A stretch of DNA of 20,000 nt from an uncultured virus (IMG/VR IMGVR_UViG_3300020579_000010) (IMGVR_UViG_3300020579_000010), one strand, 5' to 3'. Shown: positions 7,461-16,492, counted from the stretch's first letter. Numbers and translations are program-made. Notes: generated from the sequence alone by a model not told the origin.

Positions 7461-7670
7461 ATGACCGATGTTGAAATGTGCAATCGCTGCCAAAAGCGTC
7501 CAGCGCACCCAGAAGCTTTCGGTCTTTGCGGTCCATGCGACGACGCGCTCTATGACTTCATGGGAATCGGGTGCGAAGCGGCAGCGAACGCCGTGAGCCA
7601 AAGCTCGCTTGGTCCAAAAACGTCGTCTCGTATGCGCGCTGAGCACTCCACCAAAAGGCGATTGGCGTAG
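7461..7670 (+). CDS. Small CxxC-x12-CxxC zinc-binding protein
   Basis: CNRC...CGPC; the ORF fills the gap between neighbouring genes. Confidence 0.55.
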   Translation: MTDVEMCNRCQKRPAHPEAFGLCGPCDDALYDFMGIGCEAAANAVSQSSLGPKTSSRMRAEHSTKRRLA

Positions 7671-7672
7671 CC

Positions 7673-7993
7673 ATGTGGACGAAGATCAGTGCTTGGCTTA
7701 CAGCGCACTCGAACTTCATGAACGAAGTTCAGTTCCTTGCAAACATGGGTCACTTCGCGTGGGCATTCGGCATCGTGCTCACGACTGCGTATCTCTCGAA
7801 TTCCAATTACAGAGCTCTTGATATCGTCAGCGTTGCAGGTATCGCTCTAGCTGCCGCAAAAGAGTTTCTCTACGATGCGAATTTCGAGTTACCGAAACAG
7901 ACGTTCAAAGACAACATGACCGACTTCGTTGGCTACGTGCTCGGTATTGCGGCTGCGTGGGTCGTCATTGGCCTGCATGTCTTGAATCGCTAG
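7673..7993 (+). CDS. Three-TM membrane protein, VanZ/YfiM-like H...KE..D...D pattern
   Basis: GHFAWAF, AAAKEFLYD and TDFVGYVLG lie within or beside hydrophobic helices. Confidence 0.6.
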   Translation: MWTKISAWLTAHSNFMNEVQFLANMGHFAWAFGIVLTTAYLSNSNYRALDIVSVAGIALAAAKEFLYDANFELPKQTFKDNMTDFVGYVLGIAAAWVVIGLHVLNR

Positions 7994-8018
7994 CGCATCT
8001 CTGATTTCTTCGGCTTCT

Positions 8019-8047
8019 TTGCGTAAATCTGTGCGTTCTTGTAGACT
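8019..8047 (+). promoter_or_regulatory. Sigma70-type promoter for the fibre/spike operon
   Basis: TTGCGT-N17-TAGACT in the intergenic gap, about 70 nt before ATG 8119. Confidence 0.5.
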
Positions 8048-8118
8048 GACCTCGAACGTGAGCTGAGTTAGGCGGCTCTCTTTCACCTCGGTTTTGTGGG
8101 TGCAAAGGAGAGTCTCTC

Positions 8119-9018
8119 ATGTCAGGACGCATGTTCGACAAAGGCCGCCACGGTTTCGGCGAAAAGCTCATCGGCTGGGTCGCAGACAACCAAGGCGCGG
8201 CGCTGTTCGATCCGACGCAAGTTGCGACATGGACGCGCGAGATCACGAACGTCACGAACGCGAATCCCGCGGTCTATACGTCAGCAGCGCACGGATTTTC
8301 GAACGGCGACATCGTCCTCAACGGAGGCATTCTCGGAAATCTCTCGACGAACCAACTTGGACGAGTCGCGGCAGTTACCACGAACACGTACCAGATGCTC
8401 ACACTCGAGGGTGCAGGCATCAGCGTTGCGGGCTCAGGTGCCTACACATCGGGTGGATGGGCGGTCAACCTCACGCAAGCGTCATTCGTCGCAGACATCA
8501 TTCAAGGTAACGGTCGCGTTGGCACCGATGCCGAACCGCTCGCAGGCACTACGGACGTTGGAGGCGTGCTCTCGGCAACGAATTGGACCTGGAGTGCGGT
8601 ATCGCAAGGATATGCAGGACAGCAAGCTTGGGCGATTATCTTTTATGATGCTGCGGGGGGTTCGGACGCAACGAACAGGCTCATTGCCATCAACGATGGA
8701 AAGCTTCAAGTCGTATGCAATACGAACGCAGCGCTGCTTGCTACGACAATTTTCGTCGAGCCACTCATTGCTGGCATTCCGTCTGGTTCGGTTCTTTGGT
8801 TTTCCAATGGCCAGTCTGCGACGCTTTCCGTCGCTGCCAATCAAGGCGATCGATCGCTGACGGTGACAGCGCTCGGCGGCGCAATTCCACCAGGCCATCA
8901 GGCCGATGTCATCGCAACCATCGCGGGTCTGCCGTTCACACCGAACGGCGGTAACATCAACTTCACGGTACCAGTTCTTTGGTACCCCGGATTGCCCACT
9001 GCGATCATGGCAATCTGA
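8119..9018 (+). CDS. Virion fibre-associated (minor-tail-type) protein with inserted beta domains
   Basis: RBS aaggag. Core motifs MFDKGR.., FVADI, NRLIA and GLPFTPNGGNI recall small phage minor tail proteins; insertion ITNVTNANPAVYTSAAHGFSNGDIV. Confidence 0.65.
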   Translation: MSGRMFDKGRHGFGEKLIGWVADNQGAALFDPTQVATWTREITNVTNANPAVYTSAAHGFSNGDIVLNGGILGNLSTNQLGRVAAVTTNTYQMLTLEGAGISVAGSGAYTSGGWAVNLTQASFVADIIQGNGRVGTDAEPLAGTTDVGGVLSATNWTWSAVSQGYAGQQAWAIIFYDAAGGSDATNRLIAINDGKLQVVCNTNAALLATTIFVEPLIAGIPSGSVLWFSNGQSATLSVAANQGDRSLTVTALGGAIPPGHQADVIATIAGLPFTPNGGNINFTVPVLWYPGLPTAIMAI

Positions 9019-9311
9019 TGAGCGGTAAAGGCTCTGCGATTGTGAATTTCGGCGCCGCTCCGGGCAATACAGATGCGAGCGTTGTCGTCACAGGTCAAGC
9101 CGGCATCCTTGCGACGTCATTCTGCGAAGCATGGGTCGACGGAACCGATCAAGCAGGAACGGCGGACCATTCGACGGACGAGCACGCGATGCTCGCATCG
9201 ACAGCCGGCGTCGTTTGTCGAACCATCGTTCCTGGAACGGGCTTCACCATCGAAGTTGCAGCCAACATGAGAACCATTGGCCGGTTCAATTTGCTCTGGG
9301 TCTGGGCGTAA
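9018..9311 (+). CDS. Small beta-rich virion/fibre-associated protein (97 aa)
   Basis: TGATG overlap; pattern FG..PG...ASVVVTGQAGI...EAW...TADHS.DEH...GTGFTI...WVW recalled from phage fibre loci. Confidence 0.65.
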   Translation: MSGKGSAIVNFGAAPGNTDASVVVTGQAGILATSFCEAWVDGTDQAGTADHSTDEHAMLASTAGVVCRTIVPGTGFTIEVAANMRTIGRFNLLWVWA

Positions 9312-9320
9312 GGAGAAATC

Positions 9321-11036
9321 ATGGCTTGGGAAATCCTTGGCGCAGATGGGCTGACAGTACTCAAAGTCGACAGCGGCTCGAACGCCGCGCGTACGACGCT
9401 CTACGACCAGTACGGCAACCCGATGAGCGACGTGAACTCGCTCGGCAACGTACTCAACGCGCTGAATGCTGCTGTTACGCTCACTTTGGGAGGACAAGGC
9501 TCGATCGGCATCAACATTGGCGCAACCGCAGGAACCATCACTGCAACCTTCGAAGCCACCATTGACGATAGCACGTGGTTTTCGATTTCAGCCGTGCCCG
9601 TAGGTGGAGGAGCTTCGGTCTCTTCGACATCGGCCAATGGACAATGGGTCGCTAGCGTCGCTGGCTTCTTTGCAGTGCGTGTTCGCATTTCTGCCATCAC
9701 GGGTGGCGCATCGATGACGACGAGCGTGGTCATCACGCCTTCGAATTCGACGCTCGTACCCGAGAGCATCAGTGGAACTGTTACAGCCAATCAAGGCACG
9801 CCCAATACGAAAGCGAATGCGTGGCCTATAGAAATCACTGACGGCACCAATGGTCCTACTGCGGTCAAAGCCGCAAGCACTGCGGCCGTTGCAACTGACC
9901 CCGCCGTAGTCGTCGCAGTCTCACCCAATAATTCAGTCGCCATCACTGCAGCAGCGCTTCCCCTTCCAGCGGGAGCCGCAACGTCAGCGAACCAAACCAA
10001 TGGCGCTCAAGAGACGCAAATCGTTCAAGGCGGAAACACAGCGACAGTTACTGCAGCGAGCGCTCTAAAAGTCGATGGGTCTGCGGTCACCCAGCCTGTT
10101 TCAGGAACGGTTACCGCGAACCAAGGAACGGCGGCGCTTCTTGCAGCCGCTTGGCCTGTCGAAATCACCGATGGCACGAACGTTCTCGGAACGAACGCTC
10201 ACCCAGTCATCATCGATCCAGTACAAGACACTCAGCCTGCGACGCAGAACATCACAGCACAAGACGTTGCTTCGACTTCTACAGGCGAAGCCAATGGACA
10301 GAACTTCATCACGGGGGCAGCTACTGCAGGCTCTACGGCTTCGTTCGCATGCCAAACCGACGAGACCGTCAAGGTCATGGTCACGGGTGCTTGGACCGGG
10401 ACGCTCACCGTTGAAATCAGTTTGGATGGTGGAACCACGTGGACTGCTTCTGATGTTCACCAAACGGGTACTGCATATACGACCAATAACTTCACAGCTA
10501 ATTTCATTGGTGGCTTGAATGTCAGTGGATGCACGAATTTTCGAATTCGAGCTACTGCTGCATGGACCGGTACGGCAACAGTCAAAGTCGTCATCAGCGA
10601 TCAAGTCAACACAGTATATGTTGGTAGCGCTCTTGCGCTTCGTGACGGAGTAACGCAATCGACGCTCGATACGATCAAAGCGGCCTCGACTCAGTCTGCT
10701 GTCACGGATACGGCTCTCGTTGTCGCGCTCAGTCCTGCGTCAGCTCAAACAAGAGCATCGACGCCGAACGTCACAGGCGTTGCATCGTCGGCAGCATCAC
10801 AAACAATTTTGGCAGCGAACACGGCTCGCCTTGGTGCCATCATCGTCAATAGCTCGACGTCCATTTTGTATCTTCGTTATGGATCGACAGCCGCTTCAAT
10901 CGCAAACGGTGGCTACACAGTACAGGTCGCTATTTCAGGTGGTGTACACGAGCTTCCGTTTGGGTATACAGGTCAAATCACCGGCATTTGGGCAGCGGCA
11001 AACGGATTTGCGAACATCACAGAGCTGACTGTTTAG
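9321..11036 (+). CDS. Fibre/spike-like structural protein, Ala/Thr/Gly-rich, with internal duplications
   Basis: 571 aa, RBS aaggag; repeated SGTVTANQGT, AWPxEITDGTN and KAAST..V.TD.A.VVA.SP; predicted beta-sandwich domains. Confidence 0.75.
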   Translation: MAWEILGADGLTVLKVDSGSNAARTTLYDQYGNPMSDVNSLGNVLNALNAAVTLTLGGQGSIGINIGATAGTITATFEATIDDSTWFSISAVPVGGGASVSSTSANGQWVASVAGFFAVRVRISAITGGASMTTSVVITPSNSTLVPESISGTVTANQGTPNTKANAWPIEITDGTNGPTAVKAASTAAVATDPAVVVAVSPNNSVAITAAALPLPAGAATSANQTNGAQETQIVQGGNTATVTAASALKVDGSAVTQPVSGTVTANQGTAALLAAAWPVEITDGTNVLGTNAHPVIIDPVQDTQPATQNITAQDVASTSTGEANGQNFITGAATAGSTASFACQTDETVKVMVTGAWTGTLTVEISLDGGTTWTASDVHQTGTAYTTNNFTANFIGGLNVSGCTNFRIRATAAWTGTATVKVVISDQVNTVYVGSALALRDGVTQSTLDTIKAASTQSAVTDTALVVALSPASAQTRASTPNVTGVASSAASQTILAANTARLGAIIVNSSTSILYLRYGSTAASIANGGYTVQVAISGGVHELPFGYTGQITGIWAAANGFANITELTV

Positions 11037-11049
11037 GAAGGGAAGAAAT

Positions 11050-13182
11050 ATGCCCAACTTCGGCTCCGTCATCCCGCAGTTTCAAGTCATCGATCCCATC
11101 GCCACATATGGCTGCGCCTTTGATCATCGTGTCGTGTTCGACGGCGCAACGACAGGTGGAACTGGCATCATCACGAGCGCGACCGCAAACTTCGGAAATC
11201 AAGACATCGGTAAACGCATTGTTCTCACGGCTGCTGGCGCTGGCACGTCGCCGAACATCGCGCCGTACGTAGGCACGATCACGAGCCTGAACTCATCGAG
11301 CTCGGTGAATGTTACGCCGAATACGACCAACACAGCATCGGCCAAGGGACTTCAAATTCATACGGACGATTTGCCTGCATGGACGAACCTCATCAACGAT
11401 TTGAACAATTCGGTTTATCCAGGCGGCATCATCTTCATGCGTGAAGCATGGACGGCGACGGGGTTCACCAATCGTTCGGGTATTTCGAGCATTCTTCCAA
11501 CGATCAACAAGACCCTTCAGATTTTTGGCATTGGAGGCGGTCACACAGCCGACGTCGGCGACTATACGAAGGTTGGAGGTACATGTATTGCGTACGCAGG
11601 CACCACATCGGACGGTGGCACACCATTCAGCGCTGTCATGACGATTCAGCCTACGGTTGGCGTTTCGAACCAAGCCCTCAAGCAGGTTACGCTCAGCCAC
11701 TTTTGGATCGACTGTCGTAACGGTGATGGGCCTGCAGCACTCAAAGGCATCCGAATGGCTTCGTGTCACGGAGCCACGATCGAAGACGTGTTCGTCATGG
11801 ACGCAGCAGCGATTGCCTATCACACGGGAGTCGTAGGACCGGGACTCGCTGTGCCGAACGCAGGTTCTCTTGGTGAAGCAAAGGATTGCACGCGCGGTCA
11901 CATGATGAACGTCAGTGCTCGACTCCTAGAGCAACCGGCGCAGGGCGTGACGACGACGCCGACCACGACGACGTCGGCGATCACTCTATCAGCGACAGGC
12001 CAAAGCCTCACGCTTGCAGCAGCGAACGGACTTACGACGTCAGGTTACGTGTGGGTGATGACGACGCTCGGCATTCCAGTGCTCGTCAACTACACGGGCG
12101 GAGGCGGAACAACAACGCTCACGGGCTGCACTGTCGATGCGACCGATGCAGCTGCGGCCGTCTACACTACGGTGAGCGGTTCGAACGTCGTACAAGCCTT
12201 TCCTGGTAACGCCTGCATGATGATGTTCGACGGTGATGCGACAGCCAACACGTGCTTGTGGCACCTCGATACGATCGTCCTTTCGCAAGGCTCGACGTGG
12301 GGACCAGCCGGGCTCGAGTTCCGTGATTCGGATTCGATGGACACGCAAAACCTCGTCATCAACGGTGGCAGCAACGTTGTAACGAACGCGATCAACCGTG
12401 TCACGAAACCTGGCGTGCGTTTGAACGGTCACTCGGTTTCTACGCTTCACGCTCGTAACAACACATTTCATGGTGGTACGGCGGGACCTGGCGGCTGTTC
12501 GGTCATGGGCGTGAACAACGCAGGAACGATGCTTACGCCACAAGCTCAAGCGAACTATTGGCACGATTACCAGATGGCCAACGGAGAACCGATTCCCACT
12601 GTCGAAGGGAATGCATTTTTCCATTGGAATCCAAATGGCGGAATGGGCCTTCCGCTTTGTGTGTCAGCGCCTGTCAACATTGCAGATCAAGCCATTGCAG
12701 CGGCAACGCTGACGGAAATTACAGGCTCGGTCATCTCGGTTCCGCCACAAGGATTTCAGATTGGAACCAAGCTTCGATGGACAATTGAGGGTGTTACTTC
12801 AGTGGCAGCAGGTACAGCAGCGAACACCATTGTCGTGAGACTCGGTACGACGGGTACTTCTGCTGATGCGGCGGTGGCCACTTTCACTACAGGCGTGGGT
12901 AGCGCGATAACGGCAGTTCCGTTCAAGATTGTCATCGATCTCACAATTCGTACATTGGGAGCTGCTGCGACTGCCATCGCTTACTGCATGATCGATAGTG
13001 GCTTGCTGGGTGTAGCCGAAGGGTTCATCGCTCAGGCAAACAACATCCTTGTTGCTGTGATGGCGACATTCAATACAACAACTGTACAGCAGTTTTGGGG
13101 AGTTTCGCTTACAACAGGTGCGAGCAAGACGGTAACGATTCAAGAGTGCAGTGTCGAAGTCGTCAAACCAGCTAATCCGTAA
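11050..13182 (+). CDS. Tailspike-like protein with predicted right-handed beta-helix (possible depolymerase or receptor-binding protein)
   Basis: 710 aa; YG...D / TDDLPAW..LIN..GGIIF resembles a pectate-lyase-like helix cap; Gly/Thr/Asn-rich beta repeats. Confidence 0.65.
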   Translation: MPNFGSVIPQFQVIDPIATYGCAFDHRVVFDGATTGGTGIITSATANFGNQDIGKRIVLTAAGAGTSPNIAPYVGTITSLNSSSSVNVTPNTTNTASAKGLQIHTDDLPAWTNLINDLNNSVYPGGIIFMREAWTATGFTNRSGISSILPTINKTLQIFGIGGGHTADVGDYTKVGGTCIAYAGTTSDGGTPFSAVMTIQPTVGVSNQALKQVTLSHFWIDCRNGDGPAALKGIRMASCHGATIEDVFVMDAAAIAYHTGVVGPGLAVPNAGSLGEAKDCTRGHMMNVSARLLEQPAQGVTTTPTTTTSAITLSATGQSLTLAAANGLTTSGYVWVMTTLGIPVLVNYTGGGGTTTLTGCTVDATDAAAAVYTTVSGSNVVQAFPGNACMMMFDGDATANTCLWHLDTIVLSQGSTWGPAGLEFRDSDSMDTQNLVINGGSNVVTNAINRVTKPGVRLNGHSVSTLHARNNTFHGGTAGPGGCSVMGVNNAGTMLTPQAQANYWHDYQMANGEPIPTVEGNAFFHWNPNGGMGLPLCVSAPVNIADQAIAAATLTEITGSVISVPPQGFQIGTKLRWTIEGVTSVAAGTAANTIVVRLGTTGTSADAAVATFTTGVGSAITAVPFKIVIDLTIRTLGAAATAIAYCMIDSGLLGVAEGFIAQANNILVAVMATFNTTTVQQFWGVSLTTGASKTVTIQECSVEVVKPANP

Positions 13183-13205
13183 GAGCAAGAATAAGAGCCA
13201 CTGCC

Positions 13206-15137
13206 GTGAGTCTTCTTCTTGCGATCCTTTCGAACGACATCAACATTTCGCCGCCTGGTATTCCATCGGCCGAAGATGATGGACTGCCTCAGATCATTCA
13301 GATCGTCAATCCACCAGGCGTGCCGTCTGCATCGCTCGAAGGTATGCCTCGAATTGCCGTCATCGTCGAGCCGCCAGGCCTTGCGAGCCATGGTCTCATC
13401 GAACCGGCAGAGCTCGCCTTTGTCATCAAAGCCGCGGGCATCGTCAGTGCCGAACGGGTCAACGCAGGCGACCTTGCCAGAAACGCTCAGCCACCCGGCA
13501 TCGCATCGAACGAGCGCATCAACGCAGGCGACCTTGCCAGAAGTGCTCAGCCACCCGGCATCGCATCGAGCGAGCGCATCAACGCGGGCGATCTTGCCAG
13601 AAGCGCTCAGCCACCCGGCATCGCATCGAGCGAGCGCATCAACGCGGGCGATCTTGCCAGAAGCGCTCAGCCACCCGGCATCGCATCGAACGAGCACGTC
13701 GTCGCTGGAGACCTTGCCAGAAGCGCTCAGCCACCCGGCATCGCGTCGACCGAGCATGTCAACGCGGGCGACCTCGTCGCGAACGTTCGTTCTCCTGGCA
13801 TCGCATCGAACGAGCATATAGCCGCAAGCGATGTTGCCGATCGCATTCAGCCTCCTGGTATTCCAGGTAGTGCAATTATCAATAATGGCGATACATCAGC
13901 ATCAGTCAACGCGCCCGCTATCTCATCAAATGAACGAATCAATAGCGGTGAGCTTGGTAGCGCAATTCAACCGCCAGGCATCTCGTCTAGTGGAAGTGCG
14001 AACATTGGCGATCTTGCCAGAAACCTAGAGCCTCCGGGCGTGTCGAGCGCTGCGATCATGAGCGCAGGCAACACGTCAGCATCGATCAACGTACCTGGTA
14101 TTTCGTCTACCGAACGCGTGAACGTTGGCGACGTCAGTGCAAATGCTCAACCCCCTGGCATCGTGTCAAAAGAGCGTGTCAATGCTGGGGAGCTTGCTGT
14201 AAACGCCCATCCACCAGGTATTGCATCGAACGAACACGTCAGCGTAGGCGACGCTGTTCTAAACGCTCAGCCTCCTGGCATCGCATCGAACGAACGCGTC
14301 GCCGTCGGGAACCTGGCCGCTGGAATTCAACCAGCAAGCATTTCATCTAACGAGCGTATCAATCCAAGCGAAATTGGCTCGGCGATTTCCCCGCCAGGCC
14401 TGCCGTCAGGAGAGACTGCCGCAGCGGGTGAATTTGCAGGTGCATTGAGTCCACCAGCCATGGCTTCATCCGAAGTCGTCAATGCTGGCAATCTCGCAGC
14501 CAAGGTCGAACCGCCAGGCATTTCGTCACCTGAAATCGTTGCAGCAGGTGATGCCGTTCAAGGCATTCGTCCACCAGGCATACCCTCTGACGTCGAAACG
14601 CCTGCGGGCTGGCTGGCTACTCGAATCGAAGTACCAGGTATTCCGAGCGAAGAAGAGGTTGCTCCTGCTCCAGTCGGGCCTGCTCCGCCCAAGCCCACCG
14701 TAACTCATGGCGGTCGTGCATTCCATCAAACGACTCTGCCACCCCTATCTCCCGAAGTTCCTCATTGGTATGAGGTTTACAATGCACGAAAAACCAATGA
14801 ACGAGTTCAGGGTCAAATCAAAGGACAAGAAGACTATGTGCCTATGCTTCCGATGGACTCGACAAACGAGAACATTATACTAGTTCCAAGAAAGAACATG
14901 CGTGATGCAGAAGGGAATTATGTGCATGACCCCATACTCAAGTACATGAATGTTGCTTCTTTGGAACGCGCAGCTGGCTTCGACGAGATAACTTCCAAGT
15001 CTACGCATCCGCTGGTTTGGATTGCAGCGGGAATACTCGGAACCCTTGCAGTGGTTCACCTTACGTCGGCGTCTACAAAATCGAAGAAGTCGAAATCCAA
15101 AGCACGCAGCAAAATACGCGCTCGAACGAGCCGATAG
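13206..15137 (+). CDS. Repetitive fibre-shaft protein (24 x 20-aa PPGIxSxE repeats) with C-terminal TM anchor and basic tail
   Basis: 643 aa; PPG motifs recur at exact 60-nt spacing from 13251 to 14640; HPLVWIAAGILGTLAVVHL is followed by a K/R/S-rich end. Confidence 0.75.
   Translation: MSLLLAILSNDINISPPGIPSAEDDGLPQIIQIVNPPGVPSASLEGMPRIAVIVEPPGLASHGLIEPAELAFVIKAAGIVSAERVNAGDLARNAQPPGIASNERINAGDLARSAQPPGIASSERINAGDLARSAQPPGIASSERINAGDLARSAQPPGIASNEHVVAGDLARSAQPPGIASTEHVNAGDLVANVRSPGIASNEHIAASDVADRIQPPGIPGSAIINNGDTSASVNAPAISSNERINSGELGSAIQPPGISSSGSANIGDLARNLEPPGVSSAAIMSAGNTSASINVPGISSTERVNVGDVSANAQPPGIVSKERVNAGELAVNAHPPGIASNEHVSVGDAVLNAQPPGIASNERVAVGNLAAGIQPASISSNERINPSEIGSAISPPGLPSGETAAAGEFAGALSPPAMASSEVVNAGNLAAKVEPPGISSPEIVAAGDAVQGIRPPGIPSDVETPAGWLATRIEVPGIPSEEEVAPAPVGPAPPKPTVTHGGRAFHQTTLPPLSPEVPHWYEVYNARKTNERVQGQIKGQEDYVPMLPMDSTNENIILVPRKNMRDAEGNYVHDPILKYMNVASLERAAGFDEITSKSTHPLVWIAAGILGTLAVVHLTSASTKSKKSKSKARSKIRARTSR
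13459..13817 (+). repeat. Tandem 60-bp coding repeat, about 6 near-identical units
   Basis: 13561-13620 and 13621-13680 are identical; flanking units differ by a few to about a dozen bases. Confidence 0.95.
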
Positions 15138-15145
15138 CTCGTACG

Positions 15146-15171
15146 CTGCAAGAGGTCTTGGACCTCTTCAG
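15146..15171. terminator. Palindrome after the fibre operon (terminator-like or protein-binding site)
   Basis: AAGAGGTC-ttg-GACCTCTT (15150-15168), 12 nt after the stop codon; no U-tract follows. Confidence 0.4.
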
Positions 15172-15212
15172 GAAGGCGCGTAAACTTGACTGAAGAGCGA
15201 GAGGAAAAGGCA

Positions 15213-15497
15213 ATGGCCGACGGCGATTACGGAGACCGAAACCCATGGAGGGGTAGCGGAGATTTCTCGCGGCGCGATTTGCTCGAGACAGCGGTCAAGT
15301 GTGGCGCCATCTATACAGCTACGTTCGAGGGAGACGAACAGCCGTACTTCGGTGCGTCTTTTCATGCTTTCGAGCTCGAAGCGGATGGACTCTTTGCGCG
15401 TGTACCTGATCCGCCCACTTGGCTGGATGTTCGAGATCTCGTTCTGTGGATCCCAACCGAAGAAGGCTTCAGGGAAGCCAAAGGCACAAGAAAATGA
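15213..15497 (+). CDS. Hypothetical protein (94 aa)
   Basis: RBS gagagga before ATG; ATGA overlap with the next gene. Confidence 0.65.
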   Translation: MADGDYGDRNPWRGSGDFSRRDLLETAVKCGAIYTATFEGDEQPYFGASFHAFELEADGLFARVPDPPTWLDVRDLVLWIPTEEGFREAKGTRK

Positions 15498-15775
15498 CGT
15501 CGCCTTCCAAACCGCGCTCGGGCTCGAGCACGGGGAAATTCAGATTGAACCTCGGCGGTGTCCTCTGCGCACGCGAGGGCTGCAAACACAGACGCGATGT
15601 GCACGTGACACGTGATGATGGCTCTCACCGCTGGGAATGCGAGACAGCCGGGTGCAAGTGCGAGGAGTTCGTGATCGGCGGCATGACCGAAGAGGAGCTC
15701 CGTGCGGACACCCAAAAAGAAATGAAAGCGGTTCGACCGGAAGAGGCGCCGCCAACGGACAAGGAACCTCAGTGA
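15494..15775 (+). CDS. Small Cys/His zinc-binding protein (93 aa)
   Basis: C-x4-C-x-H-x4-H...C-x4-C-x-C-x2-F pattern; overlaps both neighbours by 4 nt. Confidence 0.65.
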   Translation: MTSPSKPRSGSSTGKFRLNLGGVLCAREGCKHRRDVHVTRDDGSHRWECETAGCKCEEFVIGGMTEEELRADTQKEMKAVRPEEAPPTDKEPQ

Positions 15776-16230
15776 GCCGCAGCGTAGAGGACAAGCTCAT
15801 CGAGGCGGAGCGTGTCGCGCAGAGTCTGAATGGTACGGCGCGCGCAGCAACCCGCGGAACACTCTTCCACGGTACGCGCAATGGGGCGCTCATCGAGAGG
15901 TCTGGTTTTCGATCGTCGAGCGGTGGCGAGTTTGGTCCTGGAATTTACCTCACGGATTTTGCTCCTACCGCCGAGTTCTACGCTCTCCGCGTAGCTCGCG
16001 GTCCAGAAGCGCCCAGCGTCATCAAGTGCAATGTCTCGATGAGCCGGCCATTCGTGGTCGCCAAGACAGATTGGATCGCGCTCACCCGAAGCATGAGCCC
16101 GTCTACCGTGCAGCGTCGAATCGCGGATATGGGCTACGACGGCATCGTAGGACTCGGTCTCTCCGGGCAACCGCAAGTGGTCGCGTTCTCGCCTCAGCAG
16201 GTGAAGTACCACTCCACGCGCCAGCTGTAG
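15772..16230 (+). CDS. Stand-alone ADP-ribosyltransferase-fold protein (PARP/HYE-like, 152 aa)
   Basis: Motifs LFHGT, FGPGIYLT, A..YA, GYDGI and QVVAFSPQQV; GTGA overlap with the previous stop. Confidence 0.75.
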   Translation: MSRSVEDKLIEAERVAQSLNGTARAATRGTLFHGTRNGALIERSGFRSSSGGEFGPGIYLTDFAPTAEFYALRVARGPEAPSVIKCNVSMSRPFVVAKTDWIALTRSMSPSTVQRRIADMGYDGIVGLGLSGQPQVVAFSPQQVKYHSTRQL

Positions 16231-16234
16231 ATGC

Positions 16235-16492
16235 TCATACGACCCGCATTTCCGCTGGCATATTTTCATTGAGAGATTCCAACAAGTCACGCCGCATTCG
16301 CTCGTTGATTTCTTTGTGAAGGAGATCGAGACCCTTCTCTAGGGCAACCCGAAGTACTTCAGCGCGTGTAATACTGATACCCGGAAATGAGACGAGAGAG
16401 ACCGCTTCAGCGATGTTCGAAGCTCGGGCGAGATACGTTTTAGGCAATCGAATTGAAACGGCTTCGGTGTTGGGTCCAGCTTTGCGCGGCAT
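16235..16492 (-). CDS. Ribbon-helix-helix (CopG/Arc/MetJ-like) DNA-binding protein (85 aa)
   Basis: Beta strand EAVSIRLP, then a helix, then TRAEVLRVALEKGL; the only convincing minus-strand gene. Alternative start at 16504. Confidence 0.7.
   Translation of the reverse strand: MPRKAGPNTEAVSIRLPKTYLARASNIAEAVSLVSFPGISITRAEVLRVALEKGLDLLHKEINERMRRDLLESLNENMPAEMRVV

Noticed and set aside
13459..13817. CRISPR array
   Set aside because: The units are contiguous in-frame 60-bp coding repeats without unique spacers, and no cas genes are present.
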